This document shows positions 1 to 15,490 of a stretch of DNA of 64,000 bases, piece after piece. Every line of letters begins with the position of its first letter. The first letter of the stretch is position 1. A program made the position numbers and the translations under genes. Source of the DNA: Hormiphora californensis (Eukaryota; Animalia; Ctenophora); NCBI GenBank assembly GCA_020137815.1, contig CM035356.1:5208001-5272000 (forward strand), in the 5' to 3' direction. Under the pieces are notes generated by a model. It made no database searches. It was given only the letters and a program-made list of their open reading frames with translations, and was not told where the DNA came from.

Positions 1-1988
<1,988 letters not shown>

Positions 1989-2859
1989 AACAGAGAGGGC
2001 CGGGTAGTCGAGTCAGCTATAAGAAATACTGGTGGGGTGTTAGTTGAGAGGGCCAGGTAGTAGAGTCAGCTATAAGAAATACTGGTGGGGTGTTAGATTT
2101 TTCTGATTCCGAGCTGCTCAATTTATCAACAAAATGGTGCTTGAGATAATATTCAACAGTATTAACTCTGATTTATAGATTAAAATAATTGTCCGAGTTA
2201 TCTAAGCCGCAATATCGTTCAATATATGTATAGCTTAGGTGGTCTAGCCAATATATTTTATGCAATTGAACTACTCAGAATAATATTATCATAATATGCA
2301 AGTGATCTACTTGAATTTAAAGTAGTGTAATTTACTTCAAGCAGGGGATTCTTGACTACAAGCCGAGCTGGTAAAGTGAAGATGAATATAATATATTAAG
2401 GGCTATTCAATAAGTTCTGCTGATCAATAGTTTACTACTGTTTACTATAAAACTAAAGTAGTTTTCCTTTGTATAACTAGCTCTCCGACACCTGTCGAGA
2501 TCGAGCACTCTCCTGCTAGAACGGACTACTACTACTAGATATTTTATGTCATCATTAATTAACAGGGGCCAGATGTAAGTTATTAAACAACCCTGCACCC
2601 TTTGAGAGACATGCAGAATACTATTAGGCTTTTCGGTATACAGCGGGTACACAGACTACAGAGTTAACTAGTTACTTCTGCAGCACTGTAGACTGTCTGA
2701 GGGTGGTATGGAATATTATTATAGGGGGCAGAATGAAATAGCCTGCATTCAAATTTCAATATAGACACCTACTCAGATACTAGTACAGAGAATAGGGTCT
2801 ATAGTCAGGCCAATGCTCTGACAGAGTACAGCTATAACTGCATACGGGAGGCATTAAAG

Positions 2860-4206
2860 CAGGAAACGACCGAACCGGGTTTTTTTTCACCGAACCGAAC
2901 CGAACCGAATTTGAAAAACTTTTTACCGAACCGAACCGAACCGAACCGAACCGAACCGAATTTCGGTAACCGAACCGAACCGAACCATACAAAACTTTTT
3001 CTGTATAAATGTTTCTCTAAAAAGTCATGGAGAGCACCGATCAAGGTATTGAGAATCATTCTCTGAAATTTTGTTAAAAAATGTTTGAAAAAATTTCAGA
3101 GTCAATTTTGTGAAAAAATTATCAAAGTCAATTTTATCGTAAATTTTCTATGTCAATTTTTGCGTACGAATCGTGTTTCGAATCGGCAATGCTATACGGG
3201 AATGGTATTGCTAATTAGCAGGATTAAACGAACCATGAATCGTGTCTCTCTAAATTTCCTAATTAGATTTGATGGGGGATCACGTATCAGCACAATCCAT
3301 CTCGGACCCACTTATTACCAACATTACTCCCGTTTAGCATTGTCGATTAGAAACACGATTCGTATACCATAATTTACTTAAAATATTTTTCACAAAAAAA
3401 ATTTCACAAAATTTCAGGTAATGATTCTCAATACCTTGATCGATGCTCTCCATGAATTTTTAGAGAAACATTTAATTTTGTGAAAAAACTTTGTAAAATA
3501 TTTCAAAGTCAATTTCGGAAAAAAAAATATATGTCAATTTTGCCGTACGAATCGTGTTGCGAATCGGTGATGCTATGCGGCAGTGCTCTCGCTAATTAGC
3601 ATGATTTATTGAAACATGAATCGATTCCCCTAAACTTCCTAATTAGATTTGATGGGGGATCACGTATCAGCATAATCCATCTCGGACCCAATAATTAGCA
3701 ACATCACTCCCGCTTAGCAATACCGATTCGAAACACGATTCGTACGCAAAAATTGACATAGAAAATTTTCCATAAAATTGAAATATTTTCCAAACTTTTT
3801 TACAAAATTTCAGAGAATGATTCTTAACACCTTGATCGGTGCTCTCCATGAATTTTTTGAAAAAAAATTTCTGAATTTGTTGACCCTCTCATGAGGACAC
3901 GATTCGACGGGAAGTCAGGTATCAAATCAATCCATATCGAACCCGCTAACTAGCGAAATCATTTCCACATAGCACCACCGATTCGAAATAGGGTTAATAC
4001 GGCGAAATTGACATTGAAATCCATACAATTTTCGTGAAATAATTGAAAAATTTTGCATGAAAAAGCCCGATTTCTGGGCATTTTTTGACCAAAAAATTCG
4101 GTGGTTCGGCCAAAATTTCCTACCGAACCGAACCGAACCGAACCGGCCAAAAAACACCGAATTTCCGAACCGAACCGAACCGAACCGAATATTCGGTCGC
4201 TTCCTG
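2860..4206. mobile_element. Non-autonomous hAT-type DNA transposon, 1347 bp
   Basis: TIRs CAGGAAACGACCGAA / TTCGGTCGCTTCCTG (14 of 15 match). 8-bp TSD CATTAAAG at 2852-2859 and 4207-4214. Subterminal (CCGAA)n arrays and internal duplicated fold-back modules. No coding capacity. Confidence 0.9.
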
Positions 4207-4532
4207 CATTAAAGGCTTGGAGACCAACAAAAGGCGGGAGGGGACCGTCTGGCGCCGCCCCATCTGAGCGTACTGAGAATCAAATCGAGGTCTGCCGCCG
4301 CCAGATAGGGAGGGGAAGAAGATACGTACTCGATATCGCAGGGAAGGGGGTTGAAAGAATCCTAGAGGGGGAGGGGGGTTGAAAGAATCAGAGGGGGTCA
4401 TGTTTATTACATACCTCGAGATGGCATACATTGAGTAGTTATGCGGTGCAGAAAGATAGATAGTGATAGATAGAGGGGATTGGAGGAAGAGATAGAAAGA
4501 GAGGAGAGAGAAAGAGAAAGAGAAAGAGAGAT

Positions 4533-4640
<108 letters not shown>

Positions 4641-5944
4641 AGATAGTGATAGATAGGGGCTCCAATGGAGAGCCTATAAAAGCACAGTGCAATCAAATAT
4701 ATCAGCGATCAAAATGCAAAAGCTGCGCCAGATATCTCTGACCCTTTAGTCTATCACGGACCCCTTCCTCTCTTTCTCTCTCGCTTATCTAGCTCTCTCT
4801 CTCCCTCCCCTTTCTTTTTTCCCTCTCTCACTCTCCCCATCTATTTATGAAGGCATCGGTCTCTCCCTCTCTCCTTCAGTCTCCTTCAGGGCAATCTGAA
4901 ACCTCAATTTATCGGCAAATCCCTGTCTGGCGGCGCCAGACCCCAATTTGACAGCGACAGTGTGCTCAGATGGGTCGCGGCGCCAGACAGGCAAATCCAG
5001 AGTTCATATTAGCCAAAAAGATAGCTGTCTTTGACTGGTCTCACCTTGTCATTATAGCTGTACATGTACTTCAGCGGATACTAGATAGTTGGGTTTTCTG
5101 AGAGCAGAGAAGAAAGCAGTTGGGGAAATATTGAAGTTATTAGGACGTTTTCTGAATCTCAAGAATTAGAGTTCTTTTTGAAAGACTTTCAAAATCTCTT
5201 TGAACGTTCCTGATCATGTCTCAGCCTGGTTCTATAATGACCTCGACTTGGAATTGGTTGATTAATTTGCTGTTTCTAGGTAGTGGCATATCTTATCCAA
5301 CGTAAAATCGAGTATAACGGTCAGATAACGTATATTTTGTGCACCAGAAATAGAAATGACATGCTCATAATATGACCTCAAAGTACCTTTAGTCTTTACT
5401 GACCACATTGCGTTAAAGTTCAAGCTGTTCAATATGGGTAATCCATTACGTAATTTTCATTCTTTATAGCCAATCTCAATCTTGGTTCTGTACATTTTAG
5501 ATCCAAGATCTCAAGCTCAGTAGAAACGAAACTCGACCTTCATCACACACAAACACACCGTGATCTTCAGCAAGATCTCCCCCACAATAAGATAAGGGAA
5601 CTACAGAGTCCTAGAACTCCTACACACATCGTTCTCCCTAATCTCTGGGAAATGAAATTGCAAAAGGTCCCCCACAATATATGAATAAATCCCAGGCCCA
5701 AGCACATATTATGCACATGCAACGCATATATTCCCATAATAGTTGCCCCCCCCCCCTCCGCCAGTTTGGGACATAGGCATAATGATATAGGATTCCTAAA
5801 TGATATTACAGTGGTGTAGCGATCATGGTGAATATAATAACAATTACGACGCGGTATAACTATCCTCGAGGCGCTTTGGTGACATATAAACACGTGGCGC
5901 TATATGATTAGGACCCCTTCATAATCACAATGCTCACCCCATGT

Positions 5945-6085
5945 CATGTTGTTCACCCCTTACTCAACATTCAACAACCCTCACCCCCATTGCTCACCCC
6001 TTACTCAACATTCAACAACCCTCACCCCCATTGCTCACCCCTTACTCAACATTCAACAACCCTCACCCCCGTTGCTCAACAACAA
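5945..6085. repeat. About 41-bp tandem repeat, roughly 3.5 copies, containing CCTTACTCAAC
   Basis: Unit ttgctcaccccttactcaacattcaacaaccctcacccc repeated. Confidence 0.85.
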
Positions 6086-7434
6086 ATCCTCCTTGCTAAA
6101 CAAACCACGTCTTTACTCCACATCAACATATAGAACAAGTACAACCCAAGCACAAAATCTGAGACTTGTGGAAATCTTTAAATGGTAAATAGTCAGCTCT
6201 AACAAGGACATACGGTCAGCTGCTCCAATTTGGAGCCCAAAGAAAAATATTAAACATTAAATAGAAGCTCCAATTCTACTAATAAACTGGACTGGCTTCT
6301 ACTACATGTCCCCACAATATTACAAGAGTGACGTAGTGCATGATCGAAACCAAGCGATATAATGGCTACAATTGACAGAGTAAAATCCAATGGAAGTTCC
6401 ATATATTACAATCTGTTATGTCCCCCAGATCAGAGAGAAAGTGGTTTAGACGATTTGGAGGGATGATAAAGATAGACAAAATATTTGTTGAGTAACAACA
6501 AAAGATGGGGTTTAAGTGCATGTATATATTTAGAGCTGGGACAGAGATGGAAGAGGAGAGAGAGAGAGACATCAGCCACAATAAACAATAAACATGGCTT
6601 TCAATTTTCTATTGAGGTCAAAATAATTGTGCTTGGTGTCAATATAATAATAGTGACCGGTTAATTAAAAAGGGCATCATATTGACCTGACGTATTGTAT
6701 GAACAACTCTACACTACTGTTAGTAGTTCCAATGGGTTCACAATATAGTGTGGTTGCTTGCAACTCAACAACCAATGCTATTATAGGCGACCACCAATCT
6801 TGGTACAGATTAAATTGTCTCACTGTCCCGACCATAATACATGTGGACAGTATCGACTAATCGACTAAACAAACCATGTTTTAGGTTCCGTTCACGTAAC
6901 GGCTAAAGCTTTGTGATGAGATGAAATATCAGCTAGTAGTAAATCCACCAAGATATATCGCATATTTCGGCTTCAATTTCTGTTTTGTTTTCTATTTCTA
7001 TTTCTATGATCAAATGATAAAGCTGGATATGATTTATGTGTTTACAAATAAAACAATAAAAGTAGTTTATCGAGGCAATCTATGCATGTGCAATTACGAT
7101 GCATTTTATTTCATAATTGAGGGTTCGGTAGATCAATTCAATCTATGTGTTTACAATATTCGAGTAGCTAATATCATATCGTGATACGCTAAGTTACTCA
7201 ACAAGATACGCTGTGATACATAGTGAGCACTATACTTCTACAATATGATACACTACAATATGATACACTCCTCGAGGGATCAGAGGGAGGGATCAGAGGG
7301 AGGGGACTGGGAAAGGGATATATAGATAGTATACCGAGCAAGCACGACTTGTTGTGGAGAATGCTATTAATAACTTAAGATAGAGAGTTAAGAGTAATTC
7401 AAATTGAAAATAGAGTACAAAGCTGTCGAATAAG

Positions 7435-7522
7435 AATATGTGAAGAGAATAAAATATGTGTGAAGAGAATAAAATATGTGTGAAGAGAATAAAATATGTG
7501 TGAAGAGAATAAAATATGTGAA
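7435..7522. repeat. 20-bp tandem repeat, about 4 copies
   Basis: Unit tgtgaagagaataaaatatg. Confidence 0.9.
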
Positions 7523-7661
7523 GCTCGAATCTCATGATTGATGCTCGAGCTGTGATAGAGAGAGAGACTCTCACTCTCTCGATCTCTCAATTCTAACCTC
7601 TCATATGAATATGATAGTGAACTTTCAGTTTAACTTTAAGCTGCGTTGCAAAGCACGCGTT

Positions 7662-7744
<83 letters not shown>

Positions 7745-8506
7745 TAGAGAGATAGAGAGAGATAGAGAGATCGCGATGGACAAGTTTTTTAGAAGCATCG
7801 TAGAAAGTTGACAGGTTATGGTTATACCTCTCTCTCTCTGCTATATTTCTCTCTTCCTCCCTCGACCTCGCCTTTTTAGAAGACGGAATGACAATTTTGT
7901 TTTGTAAAACAGTCACATCAAATCGTTACAAAATCTAGAAAGACATATTCTCGAGAGGAGAGATAATCAGACCATTGTTAGGCCATATAACATTCCATTA
8001 GACCATAATGGGTCACATTTAATAGGCTCACAATTACTCAACAACCCACAATGCTACCCATTCTCACAGTATCTCTCTACGGTATCTATGGTACATGCCA
8101 CCCCCATATCTAGATGGTACATGGTACCGTACATGCCCCCCCCCCTCATGCTACACAGATAACCATTAAACCATAAGTTGGCTTTAAAATTCACACTATC
8201 ACGCGTTCTTGACATGTTAAATCGATAACAACATGTCAAAATATTGAGAAGATATATCATGCACCAATTAGAACATTGGTCCAAGGTCGAGAGGGATACA
8301 AGGATCAGGGGTCAGAGAGGTACAAAAGGAGGGGTCAGAGAGAGAAAGAGAAGCGCAAGCCGGCAAATATAAGATCTTGCTACATCCTTTAGTTATACCT
8401 CCCGGTACCGGTAGGCCACACTACACTAACATGCTAACATTACTAAGACACCACACTAACATTACTAACACACATACTACACGGGAGGGAACATTACACG
8501 GAGTCG

Positions 8507-10720
8507 CTACACGGGAGGGAACATGACACGGAGTCGTTCCAAGAATAACCAAGTTATAATGGTCTGTGGACTAAGTCTAACCCAGGCTGGTATAAACCCT
8601 CTATAAAACCCGAACACACCTTCACTCCTAGCAATCTCACTAACAACACTCCTCACACTAACACTCCCAGTCCCCTTCATGAGTCTAGTTTTAACAACGT
8701 CAACTGGTTGGGTCAGGAATGTTGCAACTGTTCCCGCTATAAAGCTAGCCAGGAAATGGGTCGCCATATTATCAGCCATCCCTAGCCCCATTACAGTCTG
8801 TTTAGCCTGGTCATAACACGCCACCTGGCCGATATTTATCATCATAGACCGGGGAATATTTGCCTGAAGCCCCTTGAAGAGCGCCCCCGGACCTTCTTTG
8901 GTAGCTATATTGAACAGTCCATGAAGTACATTCCGGTACCCCAGGCGCTGGGAGGCAGGGAGCCGCATGTCATTCTGCATTCTGACATTAACCACATCTG
9001 CAGGGTTACCAACGAGGATACCGACTGCACCTCCAGCACCCGCTAGTAGTACCTGCAGTTGGGGAGGTGGGGTGGTTGGAGTTGGGAGTGGAGGGGCTAG
9101 GGGGGTGTTGGAGGATGTCGGGGTGGTTGGGGAACAGCTGTAAATGAACTGTTCACAAACAGGCACAAACACATGTGATGTGTGATTCTGTAGCGGACAA
9201 TGATGCTGAATGTGTGCTGAATTCAGTGCTTCCCCTATCTCTATCTCCCCTTCTTCCTCTCTCTCTCTCTCTCTATCAATATTATGCAGGACACCAACGT
9301 GTCACCCCGTTGATTGATTCAGTTAAAGTATAGTACCAGGGCGGGGTACCGGGGTGAGCCGTGGTGGGTGTCCCCCACCCTTCATCACAGTTATATTGCA
9401 TAATGTGTCCACCGAAATTGCCCAATATGTTTCCTAAAACCAATGATTCCATTTACTAGGGAAGTATTAATTCCTATACTTCCACTGCAGGGACTGCAGG
9501 TAGGTATATGATACCATTTCTCAGTCACTAAAGTGCAGCCTGGATCAGCTGTGTGTAGGATACATATATTAGACGACTCTTTACAAAGTGAACAACATGC
9601 AGCCTGCAGTTATATCAGCAAGAACAGACCGGCACGCCCATTTAAAGCTACTAACAAAGGAGACATTATAATGCTTTTAATGGGTTAGAGATGGAGACAC
9701 ACTATAAAATGTTGTTGAGTAAGGGAGAAGACTTCCCCCTTACTCAACAAATAAAATGTTATATTGTAAGTGCACCTGATGTGATGCACAATGTGTCACG
9801 CTTTAATGGAGACGATCAGGGTGGGGGATTGAGAGAGAGATAATTGCGCTATATTTGTTGTATTTCGCAACTATGCAATACTGATCCCCCCCCCCCGCGT
9901 GCTACAATACTGATCCCAGTCACTGTACAGCAATATATTAGCAGGCAGCGGCAGAAGCTAAGGTACATGCGGTTAGGTAGAGGCTCTACACTAGAGACCT
10001 AGAGTAGAGAAAGATTTGAATGATTGCTGAATGAACCACAAAATTTCATTAGCACTCGGACACTGCAGGTACTATACTCAACTTGATTAAAATATTGGGC
10101 AGCTCCATTGAGGGGGGAGCTGGGGGTGTAACTTTTCAATGAGCTGTGTTCCACCCCCGTTCCACCACAATGTATCATCAAGTTGATGAAGTATGTGATT
10201 TTCAGAACTCAACGACATGCAACGTGCGCTCTTCTGACAAATGTTACATTGGCAAATTTATGTACAGTTCAGATCAGCACACATATGGGATACTGAATTC
10301 TGATCAATGACAATGATATTATTTCTAATCCTGAGCAGGCCGTGTTCGCGATCAGGGCACCATCAAACAGGGGTGGGGGAGATATGAGAGGCTGAGTGGT
10401 TCAAAACTGGTGTACAGGAGCTCTAAGGTGAACCAATTTGACTAATGAAAAGCTTTTACAATATGTTTTAGCAATATCTTGAGAGATTGAGGTAGATCAG
10501 AACATAGGGTCGGGGTTGGGTGGGGGGGGGGGGGTTCAACTATCTAGCACACAATATATCCAACATAATAACCCATTACTCAACAACATATAGGACTGAT
10601 CTGAATGCAGGGGAGATGAAGCAATGGAATGAATGATATATATCTACTGCAGTGCGGCTTGCAAGGATATCTCATCAAATCATACAAACAGAGCCCCAAC
10701 TGCAGTTGTTAAGGGAGGGT

Positions 10721-10786
<66 letters not shown>

Positions 10787-10805
10787 GAGGGAGAGAGAAA
10801 GAGAA

Positions 10806-10876
<71 letters not shown>

Positions 10877-11426
10877 GACCCAGTTTCTCTGGTTCAATTA
10901 GGTAATGAACCTGTCATGAACTTGACTAGAACTTGGAAACGTAAGTGTACGTTCTGTAGAACTGAAAAACTACAGAGAGGGGTAGATCATTGGGCACGTC
11001 GCGCCCCTCATGTTCGCGCACCCGAAGGGCGATCCCCTCACACTACGGGGTTGGTCGCTACACACAACAAAGAGAACGAGACAAAAATGAAACCATTAAG
11101 GCAAAATGTTACAAAATATATATCAGTAGAGCTGATCAAAATCTCAAATCATACCAACTACTGTAAAACCATTTATTTTCGCGGTAAATTAATTTTCGCG
11201 GATTGGCCTAGATTGGCTTCTGGTGGTCCCTGCAGGGCCCTGACGACTTCACCAGCGTAGCAGGAGTCGCTGATGAAGGAGTAGTTCACTCCTGGTACGC
11301 TGGTGAAGTCTCCAGGGACCACCAGAAGCCCTAGTCTAGGCCAATCCGCGAAAATTAATGCCCTCGAAAATATATGGTTTTACAGTATTGCACAACACAG
11401 TTTTCTCTCTCTCTCTCCCTCTCTCC

Positions 11427-11509
<83 letters not shown>

Positions 11510-11739
11510 TCTCTCTCCCTCTCTCTCTCTCAAAGTCAAAAGTTGACACAGTATAATAGCTGCACGGTGATACGACATTGATTGCAACTAAAGCGAGAAT
11601 ATTGGAAAGTGAACTTTCATTTTTTACCTCTGTGATCACGTATTCTCTATCCCTCTCTCTCAACTATCTTCCCCTCTTTCTCTATCCCTCTCTCACCAAC
11701 TATATTCCCCTCTTTCTCTAGCTCTCTCTCTCCTACTAT

Positions 11740-11810
<71 letters not shown>

Positions 11811-12493
11811 CTAAACTCCCTTCTTTCTCAATCCCTCTCTCTCCTACTAAACTCCCTTCTTTCTCTCTCTCTCTCTCCTACTATCTTCCTCTCTTTCTCT
11901 CTCTCTCTCTCTCCTACTAAACTCCCTTCTTTCTCTATCCCTCTCTCTCTCTCTCTCCTACTATCTTCCTCTCTTTCTCTCTCCCTCTCTCTCTCCTACT
12001 ATCTTCCCTTCTTTCTCTATCCCTCTCTCTCTCCTACTATCTTCCCCTCTTTCTCTATCCCTCTCTCTCTCTCTCCTACTAAACTCCCTTCTTTCCCTGA
12101 CTCATCTTTCTTTACAAGGTATTGTGAGAATATTGCAGGGCTAATGGCCCTCTACGATGCAGCTCACCGGGGATTGTGTAACGAGAGTGTGGAGATGTAC
12201 AACATTTGGTGGGACAATGAACAGACAAACAAACAAATAGACAAATAGACAGACAGACAGACAGACAGGCAGACAAATAGACAGACTTACAGACAGACAG
12301 AATAGACTAGACTAGACTAGACTAGACTAGACTAAACTAGACAGGAAGACATACCTTTACAGTAAATGGCAGTGGTTTCCCCTCTTCTTGAACTTTAGCT
12401 CGAGCAACCTCGTAAAAACCAAACCTTGCTGTCGTATAGGTACCCTGGAGAGATAGAGAGATAGAGATAGAGAGAGAGAGAGAGAGCGAGAGA

Positions 12494-12532
<39 letters not shown>

Positions 12533-14936
12533 GTGAGTGAGTCGACGAGAGAGAGAGAGAGAGCGAGGGATGAGTGAGAGGAGATCTGGAGTTTGAGAGA
12601 GAGCGAGAGAGAGATCAGAGATGACGCCACGCATGGGAGAGATCGAGTAGAAGAGAATGGGAGAGAGCACACCAGCCAATCGAAAAAACTGTCCCTCGCT
12701 GAAGTTGACCAGTTGACAGTTTCTTCATTTCAAGATGGATAGCTGTCTTTCTCTCTAGCCCGCGAAAAATAGAAAAACTTGCTCAGAGAGCAACATGACG
12801 CAAATGCATCTGATTAATATATTCCATTTTGACGTCAATGCACCAGCCGGCAGCCTTGTTATAGCTGGTGATCAGGGAAAACTACACAATATAAAATATT
12901 GCCAGCATATCACTACCTAGAACTACCTGCAGTAGTAGTCACTAACTAGAACTACCTATACAGTAGTCCTGACTACCTATCTGGTTGTTTGGCGGCGTCA
13001 GACCCCGATTTGATTCTCAAAACAGATCGGATATAAGCGCCGCTGACTACCATGGGTACTGCATACCGGTACCACGTACGTGGGCCACTAGATGGATTAC
13101 TATTTAGTTTACTAATTAAAAACCGAAATTAGCAAAGGTATTATTGATAATGGGAGAGGCACTCCTGTAATTACAGGTAATTAATTACCAATTAATTAAT
13201 TACTGGTACCTGTCTGAGAATGGACGCAGATAGTCCACTGTAGAGGCCACGTAGCCCATTTGTGCGGAGTGTTGAAGATACCACTTGCGGTATTGATCTC
13301 TTCTCTAGGGGATTATATTGCGTTGGTTACGGGATATTTTGTAATTGACGAGGGGGGGGGGGGGAGCTTTATAAAATGTTTAACTGTTGATGCCATTAGA
13401 ACATGTCTCTCCTAACATACGATCTCAAGTAGGTATTGGCGACACAGTGCGCTCATGAGATCGGTGCCGCTAGATAGTTACTATTATATACTGAGAGACT
13501 GACAGACAAACTATTAACAACTTCGCCCCAATATTTCCCTCGCTATGCTACCTCGAGAATCGAGATAGGTATAATTCGTTCCCAGACTGAATTAGGCACG
13601 CTGCCCCTGTCAGAGCATTGACCTGACAGCGCTCCCCCAACCAACCACCTAACCTGTGAAGCCACCTGACTCAACAAGATACTGTCAAGCCACCTGACTC
13701 AACAAGATACGATCTTTTTGCATTGCACCAACAACATAACCAATGGTTATGTTGTTGGTGGTTATTAACCACACCATACCCTATCTCACGTTAAGATTCT
13801 TAGTAAGAAGAGAAAATAACTGATCTGAAAGTTATTTTCTCTTCTCTCAGCGTGAGAAAGGGTATGGTATGGTTATGGTGTTAGTGCAATGCAAAAATAT
13901 CAACATAATTATCTAGCAAGCTTTTGCAAATTTGCAGAGTTTTAAAGCTCATTAACTTGATGGTATTTTAGCTTAAAATACTATTTTAAGCTAAAACACC
14001 ATCTAGTTAAAAAGAAAATGAGCTTTCAAGTTAGAGCCCATTCACAAGCTTTCAAACTCTGTAAATTTGCGCCGTTATTCTCTCTTCTTAGCGTGAGAAA
14101 TGGATTTAGTTCAACCCCCGAGACACAGAAAGACACGCCCTCTAACTGGAGGGGGTTCGGATATTAACCTCTCATCGAACCACGAAGCACTATGATACGT
14201 TTAAATTTTATAATAGACGTCAACCTTAAACTAAACCCCCAAGAGAAGTTTTAAGAAGGTTGATCACTTTGATTTGACGTAGAACGAATTGGAAATGATT
14301 AGAAACTCTTCATCTTTGACATTTGTTTAAAAGCATTCCATGCGTCACAAGATAAACTGTTAATTTGTGTGAACCACCAACAATATTAGAGTTCGATTCT
14401 CTCAAGAGGGTCGGGTGAATAACTACAAGTTGTTGATTTGTTACTCAACAAATTACAAGTAAAGCTTGATGAGGGGGAGGGGGGAGGGAGGGGGGTTGAG
14501 AATCCCAGACAATAATGACAGAATGTAAAATAGAATTGGACCCCCCAATTCTAGATAGAACAGTCCCATGCAGATCAGTTGTTAACATTAACAAATGAAC
14601 GGTGTTTGTTACCTGTTTGTGTTTGTTACCATGGTTACCTGTGTGTTAACATTAACAAATGAACATGTTTGTTACCATGGTTACCTGTTTGTGTTAACAT
14701 TAACAAATGAACATGTTTGTTACCATGGTTACCATGGTTACCTGTTTGTGTTAACATTAACAAATGAACCTGTTTGTTACCATGGTTACCTGTGTGTTAA
14801 CCTGTTTGTTACCATGGTTACCTGTTTGTGTTTGAAGGTGCACTTTGATGGTGTCCAGGGGGTGGGTGAAACAGACCGCCATACAAGCCGAGACGCCGCC
14901 CAGGTACCATCTTTGTTGCTTCTTCTTTTCTGACAT
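8507..14936 (-). CDS. SLC25A10: Mitochondrial dicarboxylate carrier. Exons 14822-14936, 13210-13304, 12355-12444, 8507-9052 (281 aa)
   Basis: [108 protein letters not shown]. Three PxD/ExxK/R carrier motifs; canonical in-phase splice sites. Confidence 0.92.
11161..11385. mobile_element. Tc1/mariner-type MITE (225 bp) in SLC25A10 intron 3
   Basis: About 70-bp imperfect TIRs beginning CTGTAAAACCAT and ending ATGGTTTTACAG, flanked by TA on both sides. Confidence 0.8.
13714..14070. mobile_element. Two adjacent fold-back, MITE-like remnants (13714-13897 and 13926-14070)
   Basis: Inverted arms tttttgcattgcac/gtgcaatgcaaaaa and gcaaatttgcagagttt/aaactctgtaaatttgc, with internal hairpins. No clear TSD. 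Confidence 0.55.
14580..14821. repeat. Tandem repeat echoing the SLC25A10 exon-1 end and splice donor, with X-box-like cores
   Basis: About 4 units of 46-55 bp containing gttaccatggttacctg. Confidence 0.85.
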
Positions 14937-14946
14937 AACTGTTAGG

Positions 14947-14977
<31 letters not shown>

Positions 14978-15361
14978 GAAAAGGTGGTTGAGACATCTGA
15001 CAAGCAAAATAAAACTAGCAATATTCTGTGAATGAGGGGGGTAACCAAATCAAAAAGGACACGTACACAATTCGAAACATACACACACACACTTCGCATT
15101 AGAATATACACTAGGTGTTAATATAATGTTGCATGTACTCAATAGTGCATACAACAACCGAGGGTCAGAAACACGTACCTAGTGAAATAGCCGCGCTGAC
15201 GTCGAAAAAAAACACGTAGGCTTAGTTGTACACAAGACACACAAACTAAAAAAACACAATATATGAGGGTCTCAACACGAACGCATCTAAAATTTCGCTT
15301 CCTAATTCCCCACCTTGCATAAATATTACTTCTTACTTCCGCCTATAACACTCTCCAGTCT

Positions 15362-15451
15362 CTTGTTACCATGGTAACCGAAATGGTAACACAGTCACTT
15401 GTTACCATGGTAACTGAAATGGTAACACAGTCACTTGTTACCATGGTAACA
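15362..15451. promoter_or_regulatory. Three perfect GTTACCATGGTAAC palindromes (RFX X-box consensus) in a 36-bp tandem repeat between ETFDH and SLC25A10
   Basis: Copies at 15365-15378, 15401-15414 and 15437-15450 match the X-box consensus RTHNYYWTRRNRAC. Function is inferred. Confidence 0.5.
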
Positions 15452-15490
15452 GCTGTATAATTATAGCTAACACCACTCTTATAGTCCCTC

